A stretch of 62,953 nt of DNA, the filler included, from Octopus bimaculoides (lineage: Eukaryota): NCBI RefSeq assembly GCF_001194135.2. It is 6 parts of 5 records of this genome, joined end to end, with 100 filler letters (N's around TTAATTAATTAA, not from the genome) between each part and the next. Parts side by side here need not be neighbours in the genome. Positions count along the whole stretch, not along the records: positions 38,332 to 55,570 come from NC_068983.1; positions 55,671 to 58,287 come from NC_068986.1; positions 58,388 to 62,953 come from NC_069008.1; 3 more parts are not named here. One strand, given 5' to 3'. Each line of letters begins with the position of its first letter. The first letter of the stretch is position 1. Below the pieces are notes generated by a model, which saw only the letters and a program-made list of their open reading frames with translations, made no database searches and had not been told where the DNA came from. Position numbers and translations under genes: made by a program. This document shows, in pieces, positions 53,026 to 62,953 of the stretch.

Positions 53026-54262
53026 CGGATTTACCTGGTACTGCATCAGGGTATAAATTATTATTAGTAGTAGTAGTAGTAGCAGTAGGAGGAGGAGGAA
53101 GAGGAGATGAGCATCTAAATAATAAAATTACTACTAGTAATTTTATTATTTGGATGCTCATTTTTGCGGTGGGGAGGGGTCTCTTTCATCCATTACATTT
53201 TATTACTTCAATGAAGAGATAAGTGTAAATATGGGAATTCTAGAAGCAAAATTAATAACGCGTGTACACCGATTTCCAACCATAAAATCTAATCGTGGTA
53301 TTTTCCAGTGTGTTGTGTTAGCTGATGACGTGTTGTTTTCTATTGTTCTAAAGTAGGTTTCCCTTGAAATGAAAAGTTTAAATAAATAAAAATTGATATA
53401 ACTTACAACGAGAGCAGCTTGTGGCTAACAATTTGTTCTGCTTCGACATCATGCATATTTCAACGTGACTTGTAACAACTTAATACCAGCAAGAGAATAA
53501 CATATAAAACACAAACAACAGCGGCACCTAAGAATAAATATGAAACAATTATAACTAATAATTATAAATATCATTATTTGAAAATAACTATATATTTTAA
53601 GGTAATACTACTAATGAATATACTGTTAACTACTGTTACTTTATATTTTATGCATATATTTGCTTTCTCTGTCTTTACATTTTTTAAATCATTCGCATAC
53701 TAATCAAAATATTTTGTCAAGATATTTGCCTCATTAAATTTCCACTGATATAAAACTAAAAATTGTTACTGATAATGACTAAATCAATTTGACAGCAAAT
53801 AATTTTGGCAAACTTATTTTATATATTCTATGCAAATTTATGTGATAATTAAATAGCATATTAATTTCCTACTTTTCCTTACTTGGATTTTAGTTTATTT
53901 TCACGTTTATTTCAGTTTTTTTTTTCTTTTATAATTATCAATTTGATGAGCTGACAAATGTCTTTAATATTCCTTTAAATTTAGATAATTATAATATCGA
54001 TATTATATTCAAAGAAGTATTTAAAATTCAGAAAACATCTAATCATTCTCTTTATCCGAGACATTTTTCAATATCTCCAAGCAGTCTTTTCGTCAAAATA
54101 AATCAAACGCATATGTAAATATCAAGCACATGTTAGAAAATATAAATATATTTATCTTATATGTAATATTTCTAATACATTCAGAATATATAAATAACTA
54201 TATATAAAATATTTTACATTTTTTTGGCTAATTTAATTTATAAATATAAACACGAATATATT

Positions 54263-54300
<38 letters not shown>

Positions 54301-54350
54301 AACACACACATGAATATATGTGTGTGTATATGTGTGTGTACATTATTTGT

Positions 54351-54725
54351 GTGGAGGCGCAATGACCTAGTTGTTAGGGCAGCGGACTCGCGGTCATAGG
54401 ATCGCGGTTTCGATTCCCAGACCGGGCGTTGTGAGTGTTTATTGAGCGAAAACACCTAAGCCCACATGAGGCTCCGGCAGGGGATGGTGGCGAACCCTTC
54501 TGTACTCTTTCACTCTTACTTCCTGTTTCTGTTGTGCCTGTAATTCAAAGGGTCAGCTTTGTCACACTGTGTCACGCTGAATATCCACGAGAACTACGTT
54601 AAGGGCACACGTGCCTGTGGAGTGCTCAGTCACTTGCACGTTAATTTCACAAGTAGGCTGTTCCGTTGATCGGATCAACTGGAACCCTCGACGTCGTAAG
54701 TGACGGAGTGCCAACAACAACAACA
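54351..54725 (+). mobile_element. Full-length SINE family B with 11-bp TSD
   Basis: Head gtggaggcgcaatgacctagttgttagggcagcgg, (AAC)n tail, TSD acattatttgt at 54340-54350 and 54726-54736. Confidence 0.92.
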
Positions 54726-54797
54726 ACATTATTTGTACATATGAGTATATATTTAGAAGCGGGGAAATGAATATTTAATAAATATATATATATGTAA

Positions 54798-54837
<40 letters not shown>

Positions 54838-54839
<2 letters not shown>

Positions 54840-55038
54840 CACATAAGAAACGTCCGTGTCGGTGGCACGTAAAAAGACACCCAGCACAGTTTTATGAGTG
54901 GATGGCGTTATGAAGGGCATCCAACTGTAGAAACCGTGCCACAACAGCCAATTGGAGCCTGCACAGGTCCCAGATGGCCAACTGCATGTCAAACTGTCCA
55001 ATCCATGCCAGCATGAAAAGCGAACGTTAAGCGATGAT
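54838..55038 (+). mobile_element. RTE-type 3' end fragment
   Basis: gaagggcatccaactgtagaaaccgtgcc..gtcaaactgtccaatccatgccagcatgaaaagcgaacgttaagcgatgat; same terminus as 380-437. Confidence 0.6.
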
Positions 55039-55570
55039 ATATATATATATATATATAATTTAATTATTGCTACATCTAACCGGAAGAGCATTTACTGCTT
55101 GGTTATTCCTACAATATTCACGTTGGCTGTCGTGAGGGAATTCATAAATTGACCTCTCTTGGATCTATACGTGCTAATATTGGTATGTAGACGTGTGAAC
55201 TTGCTTTGGATGGTATGTACAGTTATTTGGACTTATATTTCCCCTATCCATGTATTGTGTTGACTAAGGAAAAAAAGCTATTTTTTGCTATAATCCAGAA
55301 ATTGGAACCAATTCACTATTAAAGTGAGATCATTTTTTAATTTACTCTCACTTGCCTGATTTCAGCCACGTGTATATTTTAGCTGGAGTTTTTGGTAGGT
55401 TTTGAAAGCACTTCAAGCATGCTGGAGAAAGGTCATTTTCGCCCATTCTCCCTTGGTATAATTATATACATATCTACATTATTATTAATTGTTATAGCAT
55501 GCTGACTACTTGATAAAAATGATTAACTGGATTTTTATCCTTATATTCTTTTGTGTATATATATATATAT

Positions 55571-55670
55571 NNNNNNNNNNNNNNNNNNNNNNNNNNNNNN
55601 NNNNNNNNNNNNNNTTAATTAATTAANNNNNNNNNNNNNNNNNNNNNNNNNNNNNNNNNNNNNNNNNNNN
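55571..55670. other. Artificial scaffold joiner
   Basis: 44 N + TTAATTAATTAA + 44 N. Confidence 0.95.
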
Positions 55671-55683
55671 TGTGTGTGTGTGT

Positions 55684-55731
<48 letters not shown>

Positions 55732-55746
55732 ATATATATATATATA

Positions 55747-56090
55747 TTCTTCTACTCTTTTATTTGATTGCAGCCATACTGGAGCAGCGCCTATTGTCAA
55801 ACAAATGAGCTCCACGACTTATTTTTTTGCAAGCATTGTTATTATTCTAACGGTCGTATTTGCTGAACCGCTATGTTATGGGGACCAACATCGGTTGTCA
55901 AGCAATGATGGTGGTGGGGGACAAACACACACACACACATATATATACATTTATCGCAGTTCAGGAAAAGCGCCTGATAGAATAAGTACGAGGCTTGCAA
56001 TGAATAAGTCCTGGAGCTGATTTCTTCGACTATAGGTGGTGCTAGTGCATGGCTGCAATCAAATGACTGAAACAAATAAAAGAATAAAGG
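55747..56090. mobile_element. Two decayed SINE family A 3' halves in inverted orientation
   Basis: 55747-55945 matches the family A 3' half on minus; 55960-56090 (gatagaataagtac..ggctgcaatcaaatgactgaaacaaataaaag) matches it on plus. Confidence 0.75.
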
Positions 56091-56109
56091 AACATATATT
56101 TTAGATATT

Positions 56110-56324
56110 TTTTTACTTATTTATGCGCCCTTTTAATGCCTAGCCAGGCTCATGGGCCCGGTTTCCTGGTTTCTATGGCATATGTGTTTCCCGTGTCCAG
56201 CTGGACCGGACACCAGTCCATCGCAGCTTTACTCAAGAAACAGGAAGAAAAGTGAGAGAATATTGGGGCGAAATAGTACAGCAGGGGTCACCTGCCGGAG
56301 CCTCGTGGAGCTTTAGGTGTTTTC
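56110..56324 (-). mobile_element. SINE family B-related copy with an alternative 3' half
   Basis: aagaaacaggaagaaa.gtgagagaa..gtacagcagggg..cctgccggagcctcgtggagctttaggtgttttc matches family B (5847-5935), but the sequence on the tail side is unrelated. Confidence 0.65.
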
Positions 56325-57255
56325 NNNNNNNNNNNNNNNNNNNNNNNNNNNNNNNNNNNNNNNNNNNNNNNNNNNNNNNNNNNNNNNNNNNNNNNNNNNN
56401 NNNNNNNNNNNNNNNNNNNNNNNNNNNNNNNNNNNNNNNNNNNNNNNNNNNNNNNNNNNNNNNNNNNNNNNNNNNNNNNNNNNNNNNNNNNNNNNNNNNN
56501 NNNNNNNNNNNNNNNNNNNNNNNNNNNNNNNNNNNNNNNNTATATATAAAGCGAGACATATACATATACATAGATATTGCTGATATAATAAAGTTTCAAC
56601 ATGTCGCACCGTCAATTCAGACACTTTCATTTCTCTCTCCGTTTTTTCTCTGTCTTCATTTCTTTATGCAGATAAGTTTAAGTGGCTTCTTCCATTTTAC
56701 CCGTGCGTCAAAGTAATACACCTTGTTTGGTGTTCTTTTATCTGTCTGCGCCTTTTATACATTTTTGTATATTTTTTCCTATATATAAAATATATACATA
56801 TATATCTATGCATATGCATGTGCGTGTGTCTGTATGTTTACATACATACATGCATACATACATACCTACATACATACATACATACATACATACATACATA
56901 CATACATACATTCTTCTGCATATCTACTCAGATATTTAAGAAGAAATTTCTAATTAAAGAAAAAATGATATTTATGAAGAAAAGCAATATAGTTTAATAG
57001 AATTTGGTACACATATATGAGCATATTTATTGGAAGAGGCTATTCAATAAAATCGCCATTAGACTCGATTACTGCCACTATAATACTTCTGAAACAACTA
57101 AACACGTCGATCAGCTGACCCTTATTCACGATGTCCTTTCTGGAAGATATCAACGAGTTCTTGATATTGTGCGATGCAATACTGTCTTCCTTTCGATGAC
57201 GGACAAGATTTAGTTGTCGCGGCGGATGAAATCAGGAGAGACAGGAGGCCAAATG

Positions 57256-57515
57256 CGAAAGCCACAGCATTGTGGACAGCTCATCAGACTCAATAGAAAG
57301 ACAAATCTAACTCTTCATCTTTTTATCTGGCTGGTCTAGAAGAGATAACCCGTCCTCACCAACGCCAGACCTTTTATCCTCTGATGTACTTTTGACCAAT
57401 TGAGCGTAATTTCATCTGCGTGAGATGAAGATTTAAATTTGTCTTTACATAGAGTCTAATGAGTTGTCCACGAAGCTGCGGCATTCGTGGATGCGAAACC
57501 ATTAGTGACTCTATG
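57256..57515. repeat. ~65-bp inverted repeat overlapping a degenerate hammerhead fold
   Basis: Arms 57256-57320 and 57423-57487 (~80% identical by eye). 57448-57515 reads catagagt-CTAATGA-stem II-GAAAC-catta-GTG-actctatg. Confidence 0.65.
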
Positions 57516-57533
57516 ATCAAATGTATATATGTA

Positions 57534-57635
<102 letters not shown>

Positions 57636-57785
57636 ATGTGCATATATATTGACGCCCTAATCAGATCAATAGCATCAGTAAATTTATTTTACACACATGT
57701 ATTTGTGTATGTATGCTTATACCGAGAAAAAGAGAAAAAAGTATGGGAATGGGAGATTCATGCACACACACAGACGTAGAAATAA

Positions 57786-57861
<76 letters not shown>

Positions 57862-58230
57862 GATAGATAGATAAGATAGATAGATAGATATTCCAATTCT
57901 ACACAATATACATGAAGTAAGTTGGTGAAATATATTCCAAAATTTATCGAAATATGTGTGAACGTTCTATATTATTGGCCCCTGTTCGTTCGTTTCATCC
58001 CCAACGACACTTTCCACAAATGTCGCCTGATTTTATTGTTTCACTTCCTGTTTGAAGGCACTCTTGTTTACTGTCGACATAAGAGGCTAGAGATATAAGC
58101 ATTGAAGCAATTTGGACTGCAAGGATGATTATAAAGCTCTCTGTGTCCAGCATCCACGCACATACACACACACGCATACACACACAAGCACACTCAGTCA
58201 TTCATACAGAGAGAGACAGAGAGAGAGATA

Positions 58231-58287
<57 letters not shown>

Positions 58288-58387
58288 NNNNNNNNNNNNN
58301 NNNNNNNNNNNNNNNNNNNNNNNNNNNNNNNTTAATTAATTAANNNNNNNNNNNNNNNNNNNNNNNNNNNNNNNNNNNNNNNNNNNN
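58288..58387. other. Artificial scaffold joiner
   Basis: 44 N + TTAATTAATTAA + 44 N. Confidence 0.95.
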
Positions 58388-58728
58388 ATATATTCCTGTA
58401 TTTATCTTGATAATCAATTTACTCAAACTTCTTACCATGAATGTTCATCGGCAAACAGTAAGTTGATAAAAAGAAATTTCTCATATAATCTTATAAGAAA
58501 CAATGAAATAGTTCTGTCTTGTTGCCTGTGTGGCTTTTACCAGATGTTATTGATAATAAAGAGAGGGAGCAGGATGAATTCTAAATGATCCATGCTGTTG
58601 ATGTTACTTTCAACAGATAAATCTTCCTGGCACCAAATCCATTTTCCAAACCAAAGATCTAAAACTAAACACTACCTTCTGATAATCTACATTGAGATTC
58701 TGTCACATTTCCAATTATATTTCTCACC

Positions 58729-60081
58729 TTGGCAACGAGTACAGTGAAGAATTCCGAGTAGAGGTAGGGGTCCACCAAGGTTCAGTCCTCAGCCCCCTCC
58801 TATTTATCATAGTGCTACAGGCAATAACAAAGGAATTCAAGACAGGATGCCCCTGGGAGCTCCTCTATGCTTATGACCTTGCGCTAATTGCTGAGTTACT
58901 ATCAAAACTAGAGGAGAAGTTTCAGGTGTGGAAGCAAGGGCTAGAATCAAAGGGCCTTAGGAAAGTATACAAAACACAAACCCCTTCATGTAGATGGCCC
59001 TGCTCGATCTGTAGAAAAGACGTAGGTAGAAACTCTATAAGATGTACCCAGTGCAAGCTATGGATACATAAGAGGTGCAGCAATATCAAAAGAAGGCTAA
59101 CTAGGAAGTTAGTTTTTGTATGTGGCAGATGTTCAGGAGCAATTAACACTGAAAATGTGCAGAGAACAACTATCTAAGTGACCAAGTAAGCAGTGGGGGA
59201 GGGTGCGCTGAAAGTGTAGCTGCTAGAATAAGAATAGCCTGGGCAAAGTTCAGAGCACTTTTACCTCTACTGGTGACAAAGGGCCTCTCACTCAGAATAA
59301 AAGGCAGACTGTATGATGCATGTGTACGAACAGCCATGCTACATGGCAGTGAAACATGGGCCGTGACTACTGAGGACATGCGTAAGCTTACAAGGAATGA
59401 AGCCAGTGTGCTCTGATGGATGTGTAATGTCAGTGTGCATACTCGACAGAGTGTAAGTACCTTGAGAGAAAAGTTGAACCTAAGAAGCATCAGTTGTAGT
59501 GTGCAAGAGAGACGATTGCACTGGTATGGTCATATGACGAGAGTGGATGAGGATAGCTGTGTGAAAAAGTGCCACACCCTAGCGGTTGAGGCAACCTGTG
59601 GACGAGGTAGACCCAGGAAGACCTGGGATGAGGTGGTGAAGCATGATCTCCGAACATTAGGCCTCACCGAGGCAGAGGCAATGACTTTTGACAGAGACCT
59701 TTGGAAATATGCTATGTGTGAGAAGTCTTGGCATGCCAAGTGAGACAATAATCCGTGGCCTCTGCCAGGTGTGTAGCCAGCCCACTTATGCGTACCTTTC
59801 CTTCATTGGACACTAAACTCCGCTTGCGAAGACCTATTGAGGCAAGTGAAATCTAAATCAAACTAAATTCGATGACTGGCACCCATGCCAACATCGTCTC
59901 CTTCATTGGACACATAACTTGGCTTGTGAAGACCTGTTGGGGCAAGCGAAAGCAAAATCGTGATGGCACCTGTACCAGTGGAGCACTAATAGCACCATCT
60001 GAGTGTGATCATTGCCAGAGCAGCTGTCTGGCTTCCATGCCAGTGGCACATAAATAGCACCATTTGAGCGTGATTGTTACC
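58729..60081 (+). mobile_element. RTE-clade LINE, 5' truncated: RT C-terminal half + 3' UTR, degenerate
   Basis: GVHQGSVLSPLLF..LLYAYDLAL (YADD mutated)..RIAWAKF..MLHGSETW..RLHWYGHM..GRGRPRKTW; stops and deletions; 3' UTR with internal direct repeat cttcattggacac. Confidence 0.9.
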
Positions 60082-60736
60082 NNNNNNNNNNNNNNNNNNN
60101 NNNNNNNNNNNNNNNNNNNNNNNNNNNNNNNNNNNNNNNNNNNNNNNNNNNNNNNNNNNNNNNNNNNNNNNNNNNNNNNNNNNNNNNNNNNNNNNNNNNN
60201 NNNNNNNNNNNNNNNNNNNNNNNNNNNNNNNNNNNNNNNNNNNNNNNNNNNNNNNNNNNNNNNNNNNNNNNNNNNNNNNNNNNNNNNNNNNNNNNNNNNN
60301 NNNNNNNNNNNNNNNNNNNNNNNNNNNNNNNNNNNNNNNNNNNNNNNNNNNNNNNNNNNNNNNNNNNNNNNNNNNNNNNNNNNNNNNNNNNNNNNNNNNN
60401 NNNNNNNNNNNNNNNNNNNNNNNNNNNNNNNNNNNNNNNNNNNNNNNNNNNNNNNNNNNNNNNNNNNNNNNNNNNNNNNNNNNNNNNNNNNNNNNNNNNN
60501 NNNNNNNNNNNNNNNNNNNNNNNNNNNNNNNNNNNNNNNNNNNNNNNNNNNNNNNNNNNNNNNNNNNNNNNNNNNNNNNNNNNNNNNNNNNNNNNNNNNN
60601 NNNNNNNNNNNNNNNNNNNNNNNNNNNNNNNNNNNNNNNNNNNNNNNNNNNNNNNNNNNNNNNNNNNNNNNNNNNNNNNNNNNNNNNNNNNNNNNNNNNN
60701 NNNNNNNNNNNNNNNNNNNNNNNNNNNNNNNNNNNN

Positions 60737-62110
60737 AACCTTTCATAGTGGCGTCTCCAAACCTCTCTCTTCGCAGCCTCATTTAGTGCAAGTGAGCCAT
60801 TATCCATGCGGACACATTTCTCTCCTACGACATCACGATTCTCTCTCACACACTGTCTTGCAACACGAAATACCTCAAGTCTTTGGTCTTCACGGCGCAG
60901 AACATTGGCAAATTTTTTCTTATCTGCTTCCCCTCCAGCTAAATAAACCTGTCTCCTAGCTTCCCTTCAGGCATTCTGATACAATTCCCTGCTTCCACCG
61001 TTCTTCCAGTCCTCCAAGCCTCTTTCTTTTCTCTAATAGCCCTGTCAACAACATTGTTCCACCACCACATTATTTCGGGTCAGGAGGGGACTTTGCACCA
61101 TCCACAGATCTGGTCAGTGGCTCTCAGCAGGTTGTCATGTAGAAACTTCCAATTGCCTTCCACCTTATGTGATGTTGTATCACCTTCTATATTGTCAAAG
61201 GCTTTGAGTAATACGTCTTGAAATCTCTGTCCATTCGCAGGATCTTTAAGCTTCCAGACCCTTCTCCTTCATGCTGGTCGTCTAATGGGCAACCACTTAG
61301 CCCTGATCCTGAAGTCACTAACTACTAGTATATGTTGTGGGGTACATTCTTCGCCTGGGAAGGTTTTGGCATTTATAAGCAGTCATCTTTCCCTTTATCT
61401 GGCGAGGATGTAGCCAATTTGGCTAGTGTGTCTGCCAGAACGGTAGGTGACTAGGTGACAGGCGGCTTTCCTGAAGTTAGTATTGCAAACCATAAGATCA
61501 TGTGCATCGCAGAACTCCAACAGCCTGGTTCCCTCCTCATTGCAGGAGCCAAAACCATAGCCTCCATGTACGCCCCCTGTATGTTGTCCAACATGTCCAT
61601 TGAAGTCACCAGCCACAAAGAGAAGGTCCCTGTCATTCGTCAATGAGGTAGTCTGCAAGAGGGTATCATAAAATCAGTCTTTCTGTCCATCGGGTAGCCC
61701 CAGCTGAGGGGCATAGGCCAAGATAATGGTTGCTAACCTATGATGAAGGACTAATCTAATCTTAAGTATTTTGTCGCAGACTCTGACTACCTCGATTACC
61801 TTATCCACCCATTTCTCTGCTAGAAGTATACCCACGCCCCCAACTTGTCTGTATTCCCTGCCCAGAAAATCTTGTACCTGTATTCTTTGCCTATGAGGAA
61901 CCTTGCGGAACCCCTTCTCCTCCTTACTTGTGGAGGCAGCAGATATCGACGCATCTCCATTCAAGCATCTCAACAATCTCACCAGACCTACCTTTCAGTG
62001 TGCCGACGTTGAGTGTGCCAAGCTTGAGGGTGTGGGAGGTATGGGCCTGTGAGACCCTGGGGCGGGGGACAGCAGCATCATGTACCTGAAAAGAAAGCTC
62101 ACGTTTGGCA
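60737..62110 (-). mobile_element. RTE-clade LINE 5' part: APE endonuclease and linker, degenerate
   Basis: TLKLGTLNVGTLKGRSGEIVEML, GGVGILLAEKW, ILAYAPQ, VAGDFNGHVG, YGFGSCNEEGTRLLEFC..NTNFRK..TYRSG..QIGYILAR. Confidence 0.9.
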
Positions 62111-62115
62111 GAATA

Positions 62116-62169
<54 letters not shown>

Positions 62170-62192
62170 TATATGTATGTATGTATAGATAT

Positions 62193-62223
<31 letters not shown>

Positions 62224-62699
62224 CACACATCGTTATTAAAAATACATAAATCTGGAGAAGAACCACACTCCAAGAAAGATCAGTCTATTTTTCTATCTGG
62301 TGGAGGCCGGTTTATGGGGTTAGCCTGGGTTTCCTGTCAATAAATTGTTCCACTTTATGGCGTGTCATCAAATCTCAATGCCTGATAGCCTAAGACATCC
62401 AATGTATTTCCGTAGACATATGATGTCTGTGTTGTATTTGTATGGAAGTGGTTATACACCATTAGGTGTACTCCGCTTCCGTACATTAAATTTCTTGAAG
62501 AAACAACGGAACGCAGATTCTGAACTATCAACACAACAATATTTATTACAATAGAATTCAGCAGCACTTCGCCCTTTGGTTACTGAGACGCCGTCAATGA
62601 AGTTGCGTGGTTATTTGTGTAGCTCCAGAGTTGGAATGTTGGAGAGAGCTGCTACGACGTCTAGGTCCTTCGTCGGCCAGCGAGAAAGAGAATGAAAAT

Positions 62700-62900
62700 C
62701 CGCGCGAAGCTTGGATATCGATGACTACGCATGCGCATGAAACTCTTTCCTGTATTCCTACCGGAACTAATCCCTGCGCATGCGTGGATAGAATCTCCGA
62801 AAATGTCGTCTGCTATAAAGGCGTCACTACATGGCTCCCCCTCGAGTGCCGAAAGCACGAAAATAGAAAATTTGGAGGGACGCCTGAGGCAAGATGGCCA
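62700..62900 (+). promoter_or_regulatory. CpG-rich housekeeping-type promoter candidate
   Basis: Two NRF1-like sites, acgcatgcgca (62727-62737) and its reverse complement tgcgcatgcgt (62775-62785); ETS-like accggaac (62760-62767); YY1-like caagatggcc (62890-62899); CpG density well above the rest of the window. Confidence 0.6.
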
Positions 62901-62953
62901 CCGAAACACCCACAAGATGTGGCACAAACACACAAAGAAAAATCAAAGAAATG
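62803..62953 (+). CDS. Possible first coding exon, open to window edge (MSSAIKASLHGSPSSAESTKIENLEGRLRQ...); alternative ATG at 62894 (MATETPTRCG...)
   Basis: Both frames stay open to the end and follow promoter-like motifs; no recognisable homology. Confidence 0.25.
   Translation, partial: MSSAIKASLHGSPSSAESTKIENLEGRLRQDGHRNTHKMWHKHTKKNQRN

Noticed and set aside
62345-62567. Overlapping 69-70 aa ORFs on both strands near the promoter
   Set aside because: Non-ATG starts, no homology, and lengths expected by chance.

Overview
AT-rich, microsatellite-dense, gappy eukaryotic genomic DNA, most likely from an octopus/cephalopod short-read assembly. This is inferred from the SINE make-up and repeat landscape; no database search was possible. 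No host protein-coding gene can be identified with confidence. Almost all supplied ORFs are microsatellite or N-gap artefacts, or transposon remnants. The window is six segments joined by five artificial 100-bp spacers (44 N + TTAATTAATTAA + 44 N), so long-range adjacency is not guaranteed. Content: at least four tRNA-derived SINE families (about 20 copies or fragments, several with clear TSDs); five R4/Dong-type restriction-endonuclease LINE fragments, all in (TAA)n tracts; two RTE LINE pieces, one with a PHD-type finger inside the RT region; an L1/Tx1-like fragment; two mariners, one long-TIR Tc1 and a Tigger-like MITE; and an NRF1/ETS/YY1-type promoter with a possible gene start at the right edge. 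The most interesting signal is not in the ORF track: minimal type I hammerhead-ribozyme (HHR) folds in unrelated carriers. (i) A near-canonical HHR caps a ~140-nt rod with strand-specific G-U pairs inside a ~245-nt multi-hairpin, retrozyme-like element (12311-12555, minus). (ii) An HHR-like motif lies in the 3' half of a TSD-flanked tRNA-headed SINE (25517-25562). (iii) A degenerate HHR with an 8-bp stem I lies in an inverted-repeat structure (57448-57515). Catalytic activity is untested inference.
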